Below are positions 62,708-64,000 of a stretch of DNA of 64,000 nucleotides, one piece after another. A program made the translations under genes and the position numbers. Numbering within the stretch: the stretch's first letter is position 1; the number at the start of each line of letters is the position of its first letter. Where the stretch lies: assembly GCA_963801605.1 (NCBI GenBank), contig CAWDFP010000002.1, forward strand, positions 17,148-81,147, given 5' to 3'. The notes under the pieces were generated by a model. The model did not search any database. It worked only from the letters and a program-made list of their open reading frames with translations, and was not told the origin of the DNA. The DNA is from an uncultured candidate division Zixibacteria bacterium. Its GTDB lineage: Bacteria; Zixibacteria; MSB-5A5; UBA10806.

Positions 62708-63706
62708 ATGGCTAACAATATCCAAAGCAAACTCGGTTTCTCGCCCGTCAAATGGGATGACGGCGCGCTTATCATCCTTGATCAGCGCCTCTTGCCCGAA
62801 AAGGAAGTCTATTGTCAGCTACGTTCTGTGGATGATGTCGGAGAATCGATTGGCAATCTCTCGGTACGCGGCGCGCCATTAATTGGAGTGGTGGCCGCCT
62901 ATGGATTATGTTTGGTATCCGATTTGAAAAATGAACAGGCTTTTATCGCCGCCTGCAATCTTCTTAAAAGCACCCGTCCTACAGCGGTCAATCTTGCCTG
63001 GGCAATCGATCGCATGAACGCAATCAGAATTCAATGCCAGGGGAATTCCGATCTTCGCGAACGGCTGATAAAAGAGGCGATCAAGATTCATCAAGAGGAC
63101 GCCGAGATGTGCGCTCGAATAGGAGAGATCGGCGCCACAATACTGCCGGAGAGTTGCCGCGTTCTCACCCATTGTAATGCCGGCGCGCTGGCCACGGGCG
63201 GTATCGGAACGGCGTTGGGTGTTATTTACACCGCTCATTTTTCCGGCAAGCATATCGAGGTTTGGGTTGATGAAACCCGACCGATTTTGCAGGGGGCGCG
63301 GTTGACCGCCTGGGAGCTATCCAAGGCCGGAGTGCCGTATACATTGATATCCGACAGCATGGCGGGCTATCTGATGGCGCAGGGGAAAGTCGATATCGTC
63401 ATCACCGGCGCAGACCGGGTAGCAGCCAATCTCGATTTCGCTAACAAGATCGGTACTTACAGCCTGGCGGTTCTGGCGCATTATCATAAGATTCCATTTT
63501 ATGCCGCGGCGCCATCATCGACGTTCGATCCCAACTGCCCTGACGGCGATTGCATTGTTATCGAAAACCGTTCTGCGGACGAGATTCGAGCTGTTGGCAA
63601 GCAGATCATCGCACCCGGCGGCGCGCCTGTATATAATCCGGCGTTCGATGTCACGCCGCATAATCTGGTGACGGGAATAATTACGGAGAAGGGGATATTA
63701 AGATAA
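62708..63706 (+). CDS. mtnA: S-methyl-5-thioribose-1-phosphate isomerase
   Basis: LDQRLLP, VRGAPLIG, RPTAVNL, THCNAGALAT, DETRP, ANKIGTY and NPAFDVTP motifs. Confidence 0.95.
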   Translation: MANNIQSKLGFSPVKWDDGALIILDQRLLPEKEVYCQLRSVDDVGESIGNLSVRGAPLIGVVAAYGLCLVSDLKNEQAFIAACNLLKSTRPTAVNLAWAIDRMNAIRIQCQGNSDLRERLIKEAIKIHQEDAEMCARIGEIGATILPESCRVLTHCNAGALATGGIGTALGVIYTAHFSGKHIEVWVDETRPILQGARLTAWELSKAGVPYTLISDSMAGYLMAQGKVDIVITGADRVAANLDFANKIGTYSLAVLAHYHKIPFYAAAPSSTFDPNCPDGDCIVIENRSADEIRAVGKQIIAPGGAPVYNPAFDVTPHNLVTGIITEKGILR

Positions 63707-63748
63707 TGGTGAGTTGTGAGTTTCGGGGAGATGGCAAGGTGATATGAA

Positions 63749-64000
63749 ATGAAAGAAGCGATTCTAAAAGAAGTTAAGGTGATGTTTATCACTGCCGAGA
63801 GCATGGATAAAATTAAAGATACTTTCAGCAAACTTGAGGCGAGCCTGCCTACAATAAAGGGCCGGAAATTTTACGGGACCTTTCATAGGGGCGTTTACAA
63901 AGCCTGCGTAGCTTTTCAGGATGGCGATAACCCGGCCGCGCTGGGGCTGGAATCAGAGATTATTCCGGGGGGCAAGTTTGTCGGTGGGAAATTAGACACC
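63749..64000 (+). CDS. GyrI-like small-molecule-binding domain protein (partial, runs off the window end)
   Basis: Open frame MKEAILKEVKVMFI...KGRKFYGTF...YKACVA...IIPGGKF to the window end. Confidence 0.5.
   Translation, partial: MKEAILKEVKVMFITAESMDKIKDTFSKLEASLPTIKGRKFYGTFHRGVYKACVAFQDGDNPAALGLESEIIPGGKFVGGKLDT

Overview
Gene-dense bacterial chromosomal window with no integrase, transposase, prophage, rRNA or CRISPR array. A C-terminal sorting (T9SS/FlgD-Ig-type) domain and the gene content suggest an FCB-superphylum lineage such as candidate Zixibacteria; this is inference. Layout: (1) 0.3-20.4 kb: two secreted FN3-containing carbohydrate-active-like proteins, then two convergent surface-polysaccharide operons (Wzy/O-antigen ligase, DegT aminotransferase, GT4/GT2s, acyltransferases, deacetylases, a Cys-less AsnB-like protein, Wzx). 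(2) 20.5-26.3 kb: TPR protein, ferredoxin, lipB, O-methyltransferase, a perfect four-stem palindromic intergenic element and a K+-independent-type hppA. (3) 26.5-33.7 kb: a GT4-GT4-flippase-ugd operon ending in an apparent DprA/SLOG plus AbiGi/ART-like fusion protein, preceded by a deoxyhypusine-synthase-like gene. (4) 33.9-43 kb: FleS/FleR-like sigma54 two-component pair, exonuclease-DinG, ALDH, rplY, prs, tRNA-Gln. (5) 43-60.5 kb: PAP2/AUR1-like gene, mtaB and a complete nuoA-N operon with a SAM methyltransferase inserted between nuoL and nuoM. (6) 60.6-64 kb: Fur/PerR, tRNA-Ala, pirin, mtnA and a partial GyrI-like gene. Six genes carry about 10 frameshifts, nearly all +1 insertions, most likely long-read errors. 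Best leads: the SLOG-ART fusion, the four-way-junction element and the nuo-embedded methyltransferase. All family calls are by motif recognition; no database search was run.
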